Origin: an uncultured bacterium
Lineage (GTDB): Bacteria; Fidelibacterota; UBA2242
NCBI GenBank assembly: GCA_964605705.1
Contig: CAZSDW010000001.1
Coordinates: forward strand, 70,007-134,006
DNA: 64,000 nt
Direction: 5' to 3'
In this document: piece after piece, positions 41,585 through 50,883 of the stretch
Layout of the letters: every line of letters begins with the position of its first letter
Numbering within the stretch: the first letter of the stretch is position 1
Made by a program: the position numbers and the translations under genes
Notes under the pieces: generated by a model
Told to the model about the DNA's origin: nothing
The model's input: the letters and a program-made list of their open reading frames with translations, nothing else
Databases searched by the model: none

Positions 41585-43957
41585 TTATGTGGGTGTACTG
41601 AGGATTTGGAAAAATTCCCGGGCATCATTTGCCGGTTGAAATTCTACATCCGCATCCCGCCAGGCACCCAAAACAATTTCCATATGTTGTCGGGCATTAT
41701 CGAGATCTTTTTCGGCAAAGTAAATCCGTGCTAATTCGAAATGAGCTTCCGGACACATCGGTAAGATAGCGATGGTCTTTTCAAGCAGTTTTTTGGATTT
41801 GGAATATTCATCCAGCATCCGATAGCAGCGGGCTATTCTGGTCAGGACGGTTGCGTCGGTGGGGAGAAGGCAGGATTCCTTTTGATATTCTATAATAGCG
41901 TTGAGGTAGTCTTCCTGCATCTCGAACAGGCGCCCCCGGGCATTATAGACAATGTTCTGTTTTGCGCCTTCATCAAAAATCCGGAGAGCTTCTGCTACCT
42001 TATCAATTGTCATTATAATGTTATCAACATCTTTCGTCTCGAGAAATATCTGTAAATACCCCAGAGAAAGCATCCGTGACCACGGGGTTGGGATTTTTTT
42101 CTCACAGGTTTGCAGATGTCGCAGCCCTTCGTTCTTTTTACCCAGGATTGGGTAGAGGTCAAAAATCTGTTCGTTCATCTGATGAATAATAACATCCATT
42201 GGTTGCATGAATTTCCGGTTTTCAGCATTTTCCTTGTTCATGTATTCAAAAGCTTTTTTAATCATTCCCCGCTCGCGAAAATATTCTTGAAAGGCAATGA
42301 AAACCAATTGTTTTTCTTCAGGAGTTTTCGCCAGGAGTTCAGTATCCCGCAGTTGCCCAAGTGCCTGTGAGTAATTACCGGTTCTGAGCTTGATTTCTGC
42401 CAATACGACATGAATATAAATGTCATTGGGCTCCAACATGAGAGCGTCTGTATAATAATCCTGGGCTTTATCATATTGTCCCATTGTCAGATAAAGATCG
42501 CCAAAGGAAACAAATGCCCGGTAGTCCTTCGGAAAAGCTTTCTGGTACTGGTTAAAATAGTTGAGGGCATTTCTAAAATCACCTTTTACCAGATAGGCGT
42601 TACCAATATAGCGCAGATAGTACTGTCGGGCAGGATCGATTTTCAGGATTTTATTATATTCGGAAATGGCTTTATCAATTTCAAACGATTTGAAATATTC
42701 GTCTGCCAGTCGAAAGCGACCGCGAATGTCATCAGGGTAGAGTTTTACCCACATGTCAATAACCGCCAGTCGTTTTTCCGGCTCTTCAGAAATCAGGTAA
42801 TACTCTTCTTTCAAGGCGAATTGTACAGATTCGGGTAATTTATAGATATACTGCATGGCGGTATTAATTGCGCTGACAGCCTGTTCATACTTATTCAGAT
42901 TGATGTAAAGATGATATAGAGAAAGATAAGCCATTGCGAACGCAGGATCAATGGAGATAGCCTTTTCGAGATATTCTTGTGCAGCGAGATAATCGTTTTT
43001 CAGGTTGATAAGATTGGACGCGGTGATATAATATTGATAGGCTGCCTGAGAATTGGTCAGGATTTCGCTTGCGGGGAGGTCCTGAACACTTTCAATGTGC
43101 CACCCGGGAACATCGAGATCGGTTTTTAGCTGAAGATTGATTTCATCTATTATGTTGAAAATATTCAGATTTTGAAACTCATGTTTTGCGATCAATCGAC
43201 CCCGGTTTGTCTCATACAGCCAGGTATTGACAATTAATGTATCGTTTGATATCGTGAAGCTGCCATCGAGAAAATATTCGCGCTCTATCTCCCGTGCGAT
43301 TTTCTGTTCGAGAGACATGGGCATACCGGCATTGTCGCCTAAATCTGCTCTTGAAATCTGCTGGTAAATAATATTATCATAGCCTGAATAAACAGAGAAG
43401 ATAGGGTCCTGGTTCAGGTCGTAATGACAACCCGCCATCAATCCGTACTGCAACCAGTCAAGGGTTTTATCGGCGGATTCGTTCTCGAAAAAGAATATCG
43501 CCAGGCGTTTCATCTGTGAAGTGTTGGGGATTTGGCGGCTGATATTTTTTCCGGATTCATTGACAATATTTATTTCAGTAGTTGCGGAGCCCAATTCCTT
43601 TCCACCAAGAAAGTAAAAGATAATGATAACCGTTAAAATAATATTGATCGGGATGCCGATCTTTTCGGTTTTGGTCCATTGATCCCGCCCGGGTCTGCCA
43701 TGAAAAAACGCCAGCATTCCGACGGTCGGTAGCATTGAGATCAGGGTAATAAAACTGAGATCTGTTACATATGGTGAAATTGTGTAGTGCTCAACGATCC
43801 AGCTGACAAATTCGAGGATTGTCCAGCAAACCCCCATGTAGATGAAGACGATTTGAGGAAATCGGCGGTCCAGAAGATCGCGTAAAAAACCGGGTCTTTT
43901 TATCTGATCGGAATTATCACCCATCTGTCTTTTTTCTCCAACCGTAGAGACTATCAA
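41585..43957 (-). CDS. Membrane-anchored tetratricopeptide-repeat protein
   Basis: N-terminal TM helices, then many TPR units (…AL.YF…A….Y..AL…P…). Confidence 0.6.
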   Translation of the reverse strand: MIVSTVGEKRQMGDNSDQIKRPGFLRDLLDRRFPQIVFIYMGVCWTILEFVSWIVEHYTISPYVTDLSFITLISMLPTVGMLAFFHGRPGRDQWTKTEKIGIPINIILTVIIIFYFLGGKELGSATTEINIVNESGKNISRQIPNTSQMKRLAIFFFENESADKTLDWLQYGLMAGCHYDLNQDPIFSVYSGYDNIIYQQISRADLGDNAGMPMSLEQKIAREIEREYFLDGSFTISNDTLIVNTWLYETNRGRLIAKHEFQNLNIFNIIDEINLQLKTDLDVPGWHIESVQDLPASEILTNSQAAYQYYITASNLINLKNDYLAAQEYLEKAISIDPAFAMAYLSLYHLYINLNKYEQAVSAINTAMQYIYKLPESVQFALKEEYYLISEEPEKRLAVIDMWVKLYPDDIRGRFRLADEYFKSFEIDKAISEYNKILKIDPARQYYLRYIGNAYLVKGDFRNALNYFNQYQKAFPKDYRAFVSFGDLYLTMGQYDKAQDYYTDALMLEPNDIYIHVVLAEIKLRTGNYSQALGQLRDTELLAKTPEEKQLVFIAFQEYFRERGMIKKAFEYMNKENAENRKFMQPMDVIIHQMNEQIFDLYPILGKKNEGLRHLQTCEKKIPTPWSRMLSLGYLQIFLETKDVDNIIMTIDKVAEALRIFDEGAKQNIVYNARGRLFEMQEDYLNAIIEYQKESCLLPTDATVLTRIARCYRMLDEYSKSKKLLEKTIAILPMCPEAHFELARIYFAEKDLDNARQHMEIVLGAWRDADVEFQPANDAREFFQILSTPT

Positions 43958-44025
43958 AAGCCGTTATTCGTTGTCGAAAAATATATGAATTGCCCTTTTT
44001 CTCAAATATCCTCAGTAGCTCCGGA

Positions 44026-44448
44026 TTATTGATCTTCAAGAATCATGAGGTAGTGATCGATATCCGCTTCCTGGAAAAGATCACCGGCGATTTTAAAGCC
44101 GTGTTTTGCGTAATAATCGCTGAGATGTGCCTGTGCGTGCATTTTAAATTTGTGAAAGCCTCTTTCTCTGGCAGTTTTTATCATATACTCGACAATATCA
44201 TGCCCATAACCTCGGTTGCGATATTTCTTGCGAACAGCGATCCGTTCAAGTTTTGCCCAATTTCCGATAAAACGCAAACGCCCGGCGGCGATCGGCTCAC
44301 CGTCAATTTCGCCTAAAATATGCATTGCACTGTATTCGTGTTCGTCCATTTCAATATTATAGGGAACTTTCTGTTCATCCACAAACACGATTCCCCGAAC
44401 GATAAAGACCTTTATTAATTCATCCAGGCTTGTGACAATTTTAAACAC
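44026..44448 (-). CDS. GNAT-family N-acetyltransferase
   Basis: …RLRFIGNWAKLERIAVRKKYRNRGYGHDIV… acetyl-CoA-binding R/Q-x-x-G-x-G/A motif. Confidence 0.75.
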   Translation of the reverse strand: MFKIVTSLDELIKVFIVRGIVFVDEQKVPYNIEMDEHEYSAMHILGEIDGEPIAAGRLRFIGNWAKLERIAVRKKYRNRGYGHDIVEYMIKTARERGFHKFKMHAQAHLSDYYAKHGFKIAGDLFQEADIDHYLMILEDQ

Positions 44449-44462
44449 GGCGGGCAGCTCCG

Positions 44463-44657
44463 TTAGCTTTCATCGTGATAATGATTATAATTGGGTAGCT
44501 TTGATTTCATTGCTTCAATTAGTTCTTCAACTTCATTGATCCGGGATCGGATTTTATTGACAATGTCTTCATCTCTGTTTTTATCAGGGGCATTCTCAGA
44601 AAAGTCCATGTAGGTAGGGTTCCTTCTACTGTATAGGCGTTTATCGGTTTGGGGCAA
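44463..44657 (-). CDS. Small charged hypothetical protein (64 aa) immediately upstream of the GNAT gene
   Basis: 14-nt gap to the GNAT start. No recognisable fold. Could be spurious. Confidence 0.25.
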   Translation of the reverse strand: MPQTDKRLYSRRNPTYMDFSENAPDKNRDEDIVNKIRSRINEVEELIEAMKSKLPNYNHYHDES

Positions 44658-44808
44658 ATTAAATGTATTTTCATCACCGATAATCTAAACAATTTTAAAT
44701 TGAGAAAACAGATCGAAGCACATTTGAACTGCGGCGGCGATCGGATTTCATTCCATTTATGAATGCTGTTTTGTAAATTGATATCAGCCAAGTTGTACAG
44801 AGGTATAG

Positions 44809-45561
44809 ATGAAACGTAATGAGCTGTCAGATTTTTTGAATCAAGTCCTGAATGTGGCATCCTTTTCGGATTATGGCCCCAATGGATTACAGGTCGAAGG
44901 TCGTGCAGAAATTAACAAAATTGTTACGGCTGTCAGCGCGTCAGTCGAGCTGTTTGAAAAGGCAATAGAGTGTCACGCCGATGCGATTATTGTCCATCAT
45001 GGTATTATCTGGAATTTCGAGCGACCGGTATATAAAGGGGGCTATAAACAACGTGTCAAAAGACTGCTTGAGAATGATCTGAATCTGTTTGCCTACCACC
45101 TGCCGTTGGATGCGCATATTGAATTGGGAAATGCGGCTCAGCTTGCCAGGGTGCTGGGTTTTAAAAATACCGAACCTTTTGGTGAATATAAGGGCAGTAA
45201 CATTGGAGTCAAAGGGACAAGATCACCGATAACGATGGATAAATTTTTCAGCCTGGTAAAAGAAACCATCAATCCGGAAGCACTGTGTTTTCCTTATGGG
45301 CCGGAGAAAATCCGGACGGTCGGTATTATCACCGGTGGCGCCCAGAAAGAGGTTCGTCAGGCAATTGACAGCGGACTGGATTTATACCTGACCGGAGAGG
45401 CGTCAGAGTATATTCTTCATTTTGTCAAAGAAGAACACATTCACTATATTGCTGCCGGTCATTATGCCACCGAAAAATTTGGTATCATTGCCCTTGGAAA
45501 ATATATCCACAAGCAATTTGGTATAGAGGTCGATTTTATTGATATCCCCAATCCGGTTTAG
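44809..45561 (+). CDS. Nif3-family dinuclear-metal-centre protein (YqfO/YbgI)
   Basis: …DYGPNGLQVEG… and HHG motif. 250 aa. Confidence 0.8.
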   Translation: MKRNELSDFLNQVLNVASFSDYGPNGLQVEGRAEINKIVTAVSASVELFEKAIECHADAIIVHHGIIWNFERPVYKGGYKQRVKRLLENDLNLFAYHLPLDAHIELGNAAQLARVLGFKNTEPFGEYKGSNIGVKGTRSPITMDKFFSLVKETINPEALCFPYGPEKIRTVGIITGGAQKEVRQAIDSGLDLYLTGEASEYILHFVKEEHIHYIAAGHYATEKFGIIALGKYIHKQFGIEVDFIDIPNPV

Positions 45562-45616
45562 GGTTGTACTGCGATGAGTTTAATAAAAAATCGAAATATT
45601 AAGAAAAGGAAAAGCA

Positions 45617-46414
45617 ATGCAATTAATTTCTAAAAACCTGATCAGAAACGTTTTTTGGATTGGTGTTTTTGGATTAGCAATGGGATTCCTGGAGGCAATC
45701 GTGGTGGTTTACCTGCGGGATATTTATTATCCCCATGGATTTGGCTTTCCACTCAGTCCGGTGTCGCCACAGATGTATTATGCCGAGCTGGTTCGGGAAT
45801 TTTCCACCCTACTAATGTTAATCGCTCTCGCCTGTTTAGTTGGCAGAACCGATGTTCAGAAACTTGCCTGTTTTCTGATTAGCTTCGCTATCTGGGATAT
45901 TTTTTATTATATCGCACTCAAGCTGTTCTTGAATTGGCCCAGATCTTTATTGACGTGGGATGTATTGTTTTTAATTCCCCTGCCCTGGTTGGGACCGGTC
46001 ATTGCGCCGGTGCTTGTATCTTTGACGATGATCTGGGTTGGTGGCTGGTTGCTGTTGTTTCAGGATTGGAAGCCGCAAATTACTCTAAAGACCGGAGAGA
46101 TACTGTTCTTGATTTTAGGATCAGTTTTGATTTTTCTAAGTTTTATATGGAATTATTCCACCTTAATTGTCAATAGTGGCTTTCTGTCAAATTTCTGGAC
46201 CTTGGCTCATAACAAAGACTTTCTGAATATGATTTATGAATATGCACCGAAGAAATTCAACTGGTTTTTATTTACTGTCGGAGAGTTGGCGATATTCGCG
46301 ACAACCGTCAATATACTGATTCGATACCAGCAGTTTTTCCATCAAAAGACAAATGAGTTTCAGCATTTTTTTAATGACGTTCGAAAACAGATATTTAAGA
46401 CCTACATACATTAA
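45617..46414 (+). CDS. Integral membrane protein, unknown function
   Basis: Multiple hydrophobic helices. 265 aa. Confidence 0.4.
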   Translation: MQLISKNLIRNVFWIGVFGLAMGFLEAIVVVYLRDIYYPHGFGFPLSPVSPQMYYAELVREFSTLLMLIALACLVGRTDVQKLACFLISFAIWDIFYYIALKLFLNWPRSLLTWDVLFLIPLPWLGPVIAPVLVSLTMIWVGGWLLLFQDWKPQITLKTGEILFLILGSVLIFLSFIWNYSTLIVNSGFLSNFWTLAHNKDFLNMIYEYAPKKFNWFLFTVGELAIFATTVNILIRYQQFFHQKTNEFQHFFNDVRKQIFKTYIH

Positions 46415-46429
46415 AATACGGGAGCCTGT

Positions 46430-47077
46430 ATGAAACGATTTACACGGTTTGTCTTCGCGATATCGGTCATTATCAAAGTATCAAATGTTTTCATAATTGC
46501 TCAGCCCGCAGAAAATATCCAATTATTGGCACCGCAGTTTGAAAAAGGAAGCACCCTGTTTGATGCTCTGAAAAACCGGAAAACAGATCGAGCTTTTTCT
46601 GACAGAGAACTCAGTCTGCAGCAGCTGTCAGATTTGCTCTGGGCTGCTGCCGGGATCAACCGCCAGGAGAGCGGGAAGCGAACAGCTCCGACCGCCCACA
46701 ATGATCAGGAGATCGACGTGTATGTCGCCATGCAATCAGGATTGTACCTGTATAATGCTAAAGATCATATTCTGGATCTGGTTCTGAATGAGGATATCCG
46801 TTCGGCTACCGGAAGTCAGAAATTTGTCAGTAAAGCGGCACTGAATTTGGTCTATGTTGCCGACTACAGCAAAGCTAAAGGTGATGACGATTCAAAAAAG
46901 TTTTATTCGGCGACCGATACCGGCTTTATCAGCCAGAATGTCTATTTATACTGTGCAGCGGAAGGCTTGGCGACGGTAGTACGTGGCTGGGTTGACAGGG
47001 AGGCTCTGGCAGAAAAAATGCGATTGCGCCCGGAACAACACGTGGTACTGGCTCAAACCGTTGGACTTCCCGAGTAA
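46430..47077 (+). CDS. Nitroreductase-family protein (SagB/ThcOx-like fold) with N-terminal signal-like segment
   Basis: RKTDRAFSDRELSLQQLSDLLWAAAG (R-x-S-x-R-x-F nitroreductase motif). Hydrophobic N-terminus. Confidence 0.65.
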   Translation: MKRFTRFVFAISVIIKVSNVFIIAQPAENIQLLAPQFEKGSTLFDALKNRKTDRAFSDRELSLQQLSDLLWAAAGINRQESGKRTAPTAHNDQEIDVYVAMQSGLYLYNAKDHILDLVLNEDIRSATGSQKFVSKAALNLVYVADYSKAKGDDDSKKFYSATDTGFISQNVYLYCAAEGLATVVRGWVDREALAEKMRLRPEQHVVLAQTVGLPE

Positions 47078-47082
47078 GCTCA

Positions 47083-47742
47083 ATGGACAAGCCAGATAAG
47101 CGCATCCTGGATCTGAGCCATGAAGTAAAAACCGGAATGCCGATTTATCCCGGTGATAAACCCAGCCCTGCGATAGAACAAACCGGCAGCGATTTAAGTG
47201 AAGATATTACCCTTTCCTCTTTTCATCTGGGCTCACATTTTGGGACTCACATGGATGCACCGCGACACTTTTTCCGGGACGGGAAAACACTGCTGGATTT
47301 TTCTGTTGAGCAATTTGTAGGTTCGGCACTCTGCATTCAAAAACAGAGGGATTCAATAAAACCGATCAGTCTTTTGAAATCCGAAGAGCAATCAATCATC
47401 CAAAGAAAACCGGACTGGTTGCTGATTTGTACCGGCTTTGATCAATACTGGGAAAAGGAAAGATATTTCGCTAACCATCCCAATTTATCGATGTCTTTGA
47501 TAGAGTTTTTACTGGTGAATAATATTGTTGGGATTGGCTGTGATTTTCCGAGTATTGATGTGGCGGATGCAGAGAAGAATAACTTTCCGATACACCATCG
47601 ATGGCTTGGAGCCGATCGACTGGTGATTGAAAACCTGTGTAATTTAATCCAATTACCAACAGCGGAGATTTTTCAATTATGTGCCCTCCCGCTTAAAATG
47701 GCAACAGATGGTTCGCCAGCCCGAGTGGTGGCAATCGTATAA
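47083..47742 (+). CDS. Putative cyclase / kynurenine-formamidase-like metal hydrolase
   Basis: HLGSHFGTHMDAPRHF (HxGTHxDxPxH cyclase motif). Confidence 0.75.
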   Translation: MDKPDKRILDLSHEVKTGMPIYPGDKPSPAIEQTGSDLSEDITLSSFHLGSHFGTHMDAPRHFFRDGKTLLDFSVEQFVGSALCIQKQRDSIKPISLLKSEEQSIIQRKPDWLLICTGFDQYWEKERYFANHPNLSMSLIEFLLVNNIVGIGCDFPSIDVADAEKNNFPIHHRWLGADRLVIENLCNLIQLPTAEIFQLCALPLKMATDGSPARVVAIV

Positions 47743-48276
47743 TTACCTCCGTAGAATATTGACTATTTTGCTGCGCATTTCTAACAGGAACCGGCGGTTT
47801 TTTTCATCATAATAATCATCATAAGTCCATGGCAGGCGGATATAATCTCCGTGTGCAAATGACATGGTTACTTCGGCAAATATTCCCGATCCGCAATAGA
47901 TCCGATGCGAGAAATTTTTTGTGGAAAACAGAATCAGTTTGGATGGTTTGAGGTAGCCCGGGTCGATATTTACCGTTCGGGATTCGGTACCGGAAGGTTC
48001 AAGTTCGGTTTCGAGTAAATTTGACCAGATTTTAATTTTGTAAAATTCTTCCAGATCGACTGGTTCCTGAAACACGAAGAATTGTTTTTTCAGGTCACGC
48101 CCAAATTCCTTGACGTAATAATCCGTAAAATTCGTCACGCGATACGGAATTCCTTTTCCTATTAATTTGCCCAGCTTGTTGATGAGCTGTTTTTCGATCA
48201 TTTGCAGCTGCGCCGGATTATTATACATGACTGCGCAAAAAGGAAAACCTTTCGGATGGTTTTTGATAATTCCCAT
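47743..48276 (-). CDS. Hypothetical protein (177 aa) downstream of and co-directional with the B12-rSAM gene
   Basis: 3-nt gap to the rSAM gene. No motif recognised. Confidence 0.4.
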   Translation of the reverse strand: MGIIKNHPKGFPFCAVMYNNPAQLQMIEKQLINKLGKLIGKGIPYRVTNFTDYYVKEFGRDLKKQFFVFQEPVDLEEFYKIKIWSNLLETELEPSGTESRTVNIDPGYLKPSKLILFSTKNFSHRIYCGSGIFAEVTMSFAHGDYIRLPWTYDDYYDEKNRRFLLEMRSKIVNILRR

Positions 48277-48279
48277 AAT

Positions 48280-49644
48280 CTATCTCTCCGGAGAAGCGTT
48301 GCGTAGTTTGTCGTTCATAATATTGGAAATCTGGCGTAATTCAATAAATTTTTCAACAGGAAAATCAGGATTAGCACAGGGACAAAGAGTATTATTAGTC
48401 AGCAAGGGATCGATAGAGTCGTGAATATATCCCATCTCTTTTGATATTTCCCAAAAGCGGGTGTGTGGTATGGGCGTATAAGACGCTAACCGGGAAACGG
48501 CTCCTTGTTCGGCGATATATTTTAGCGTCTGTTCCACGTCGATAAATCGTTGTTCCGGTAGCCCCATAAGGAGATAGACTTCGATATTATTCCGTTGAAA
48601 ACCGGCAGCATCTAAACAGAACAAAGCCTTTTCGAAATTGATCACGGATACTTTATTGCTGGACGACTTTTGAAATTTGGGAATAATGGACTCGAGGCTC
48701 AGGCGAATGGTTTTGAACCCGGATGCGAACATCAGTTCAGCCAGCTCGGCATTAATATCCCGGGCAAATAGCCCATTCGGTGTGTGAAACCGCATAGAGA
48801 TATTTTTCGAGACAATATTTTTCAGGATCGGAATAATGTGCTTTTCTTTATTGGTCAGCAGGGCATCATCGTAAAAAGCGACATTTTTCACTTTAAAATC
48901 ATCATACAGAACAGATATTTCTGATACAATGTCAGAAACAGATCGCTGGCAGAATTGAGCGTTTAGAAATTTTGTGGCGCAGTAATCACAATTCAGGGGA
49001 CACCCCCGGGATGTCAAAATACCGGCAGTCTGAAGTTCGGGATACAGGTCCCAGGGTAGCATGCCAACGTCATCGAAATCCGGAATCTTCTGATAATCCC
49101 GTCGAATACTGGCGATTTTGTCTAACAATACCAATGCCTGTTTCTCGCCATAACCGACGATCAGATGGTCTGGTTTTATAACAGATTTTGCATGTTCTGG
49201 GAAAAGGGTTGCGTAGATACCCCCCAGTATAATTTTGCTTTGCGGGAAATATGTTTTGAGAATTTTAACTGTTTCAACGATTCCGGGGTACCAGTAGCTC
49301 ATATGGGAGGTCATTAAAATCACGGCAGGTTGGCGGGCTTTTTCCAGTGACACTTTCAACTGTTGCGGTGTTGCCCCATAGAGTCCAAAGCGCCTTGGAA
49401 CGTGGGCAAGGATCTCGGGTTTTGGAATAATGGTTTTATGATATTTGCCTCGTCCCGTGAGATTATTTTTTGAGTCAAACGGTCCCCATCTCAGCCGGTC
49501 GGTCAAATCCAGCAGCTCAATATCGTATCCGTATTTACGTAGAAATTTACCGATATATAATAAGCCAAGCGGTTTTGTCCAGAGGTCATAAGCGGCAAAA
49601 TCAGCGATCCAGGGATTAACAAGTAAAATGTGACGTTTTTCCAT
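48280..49644 (-). CDS. B12-binding-domain radical SAM protein
   Basis: N-terminal Rossmann-like B12 domain (HILLVNPW…). SRGCPLNCDYCA radical-SAM cluster motif. 454 aa. Confidence 0.8.
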   Translation of the reverse strand: MEKRHILLVNPWIADFAAYDLWTKPLGLLYIGKFLRKYGYDIELLDLTDRLRWGPFDSKNNLTGRGKYHKTIIPKPEILAHVPRRFGLYGATPQQLKVSLEKARQPAVILMTSHMSYWYPGIVETVKILKTYFPQSKIILGGIYATLFPEHAKSVIKPDHLIVGYGEKQALVLLDKIASIRRDYQKIPDFDDVGMLPWDLYPELQTAGILTSRGCPLNCDYCATKFLNAQFCQRSVSDIVSEISVLYDDFKVKNVAFYDDALLTNKEKHIIPILKNIVSKNISMRFHTPNGLFARDINAELAELMFASGFKTIRLSLESIIPKFQKSSSNKVSVINFEKALFCLDAAGFQRNNIEVYLLMGLPEQRFIDVEQTLKYIAEQGAVSRLASYTPIPHTRFWEISKEMGYIHDSIDPLLTNNTLCPCANPDFPVEKFIELRQISNIMNDKLRNASPER

Positions 49645-49773
49645 TGACGAAAGCTACAACTCATCATGGGTTCTTCCAATGCCATAGTTATTAAATCGGT
49701 TTGTGAAGAAGCCTAAATAATGCTAACTTTGCCGGTCAAGCTGGCTGATGAAAAAAAGCAAAAGAAATAATTT

Positions 49774-50883
49774 GTGAACAAAAATCTAAAAGCTCTGAAA
49801 AATAAACGTATTCTTTATACCGTTTTAAACTGGGGTTTGGGGCACGCCTGCGAATCGGTTCCACAGATCAGATTATTGAAAACCAACAACACTGTTTTTC
49901 TAGCGGCGGCTGGGCGAGCAGCGGTGTTTCTAAAGTCTGAATTCCCGGCTTTGCCATTTTATAATCTGCCGGATCATACCGTTAATTATGCCCGCAATCG
50001 TATCCTGGTGATTCCGAAATTAATCGTACATGTTCCGGGATTACTGCTTGGTCTGTGGCGGGAGCACCGTCGGGTTGAACAACTGGTTGAAGAGTTGAAG
50101 ATCGATGCTGTGATATCAGCCAACCGGTATGGCGCCTATTCAATCCGGGTTCCGAGCTATTTTGTGACCCATCAATTGCGGTTTAAACTACCCGGGATTT
50201 TTTCTGTTTTTGAAATCATTTCGGAATGGTTTAACCGCTGGTATTTTAGAAAGTACACCCGGATTCTTATTCTGGATGAAAAAGGTTCCGAAAATCTTTC
50301 CGGAGACCTGAGCCATTCGGGGAGAATCATCCGGCATCCAAAATTACATTATATCGGTATCTGGACATCGATTGAAAAACAGGCGATTCTGGAAGATATT
50401 GATATATTGGCAATCATTTCCGGACCCGAACCACAGCGGGAATTTTTTGCCGAGAAAATAATCGAACAATTAAGAACAATTCCGGGTAAAAGAATTGTTG
50501 TATTGGGTAAACCGGAAGCAGGGCAAGCAGAATATGTTGTGGACGGTATCGAAGTGTCGAACTTTAGAAGCAGGTCAGAAATCAATGAATTGTTAAATCG
50601 GGCAAAATTGGTTATTTGCCGTTCGGGTTATGCGTCACTGGCGGAATTTGTTGCGCTTAGAAAACCGGCGCTGATTATCCCGACTCCGGGTCAGACCGAA
50701 CAGGAATATTTAGCAAGTTACCTCATGAAGAAGGGCTATTTTTATTCGACAAAGCAGAGCAAGTTGAATTTGTCGGATAGCATCCCGATTGTCTGGGAAT
50801 TCTGCCGGATACACGACATTGATTTTACGGTTAATCAGGAACGTTTGTTCTGGAATGCGTTGGAGGTTGATGCTAATGATTGA
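49774..50883 (+). CDS. GT-B glycosyltransferase (MurG/UDP-glycosyltransferase, glycosyltransferase family 28 (GT28)-like)
   Basis: NWGLGHA N-terminal motif. C-terminal nucleotide-sugar-binding-like region. 369 aa. Confidence 0.6.
   Translation: MNKNLKALKNKRILYTVLNWGLGHACESVPQIRLLKTNNTVFLAAAGRAAVFLKSEFPALPFYNLPDHTVNYARNRILVIPKLIVHVPGLLLGLWREHRRVEQLVEELKIDAVISANRYGAYSIRVPSYFVTHQLRFKLPGIFSVFEIISEWFNRWYFRKYTRILILDEKGSENLSGDLSHSGRIIRHPKLHYIGIWTSIEKQAILEDIDILAIISGPEPQREFFAEKIIEQLRTIPGKRIVVLGKPEAGQAEYVVDGIEVSNFRSRSEINELLNRAKLVICRSGYASLAEFVALRKPALIIPTPGQTEQEYLASYLMKKGYFYSTKQSKLNLSDSIPIVWEFCRIHDIDFTVNQERLFWNALEVDAND

Noticed and set aside
45504-45512. Near-perfect DnaA box ATATCCACA
   Set aside because: It is a single isolated copy inside the Nif3 coding sequence, and chance occurrence is expected.
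50789-50875. ORF-track 5' extension of the GT2 gene overlapping the GT-B gene by 95 nt
   Set aside because: The conserved GT2 N-terminus and TM begin at ATG 50876, inside the classic ATGATTGA stop/start overlap. The long extension has no start codon at 50789.
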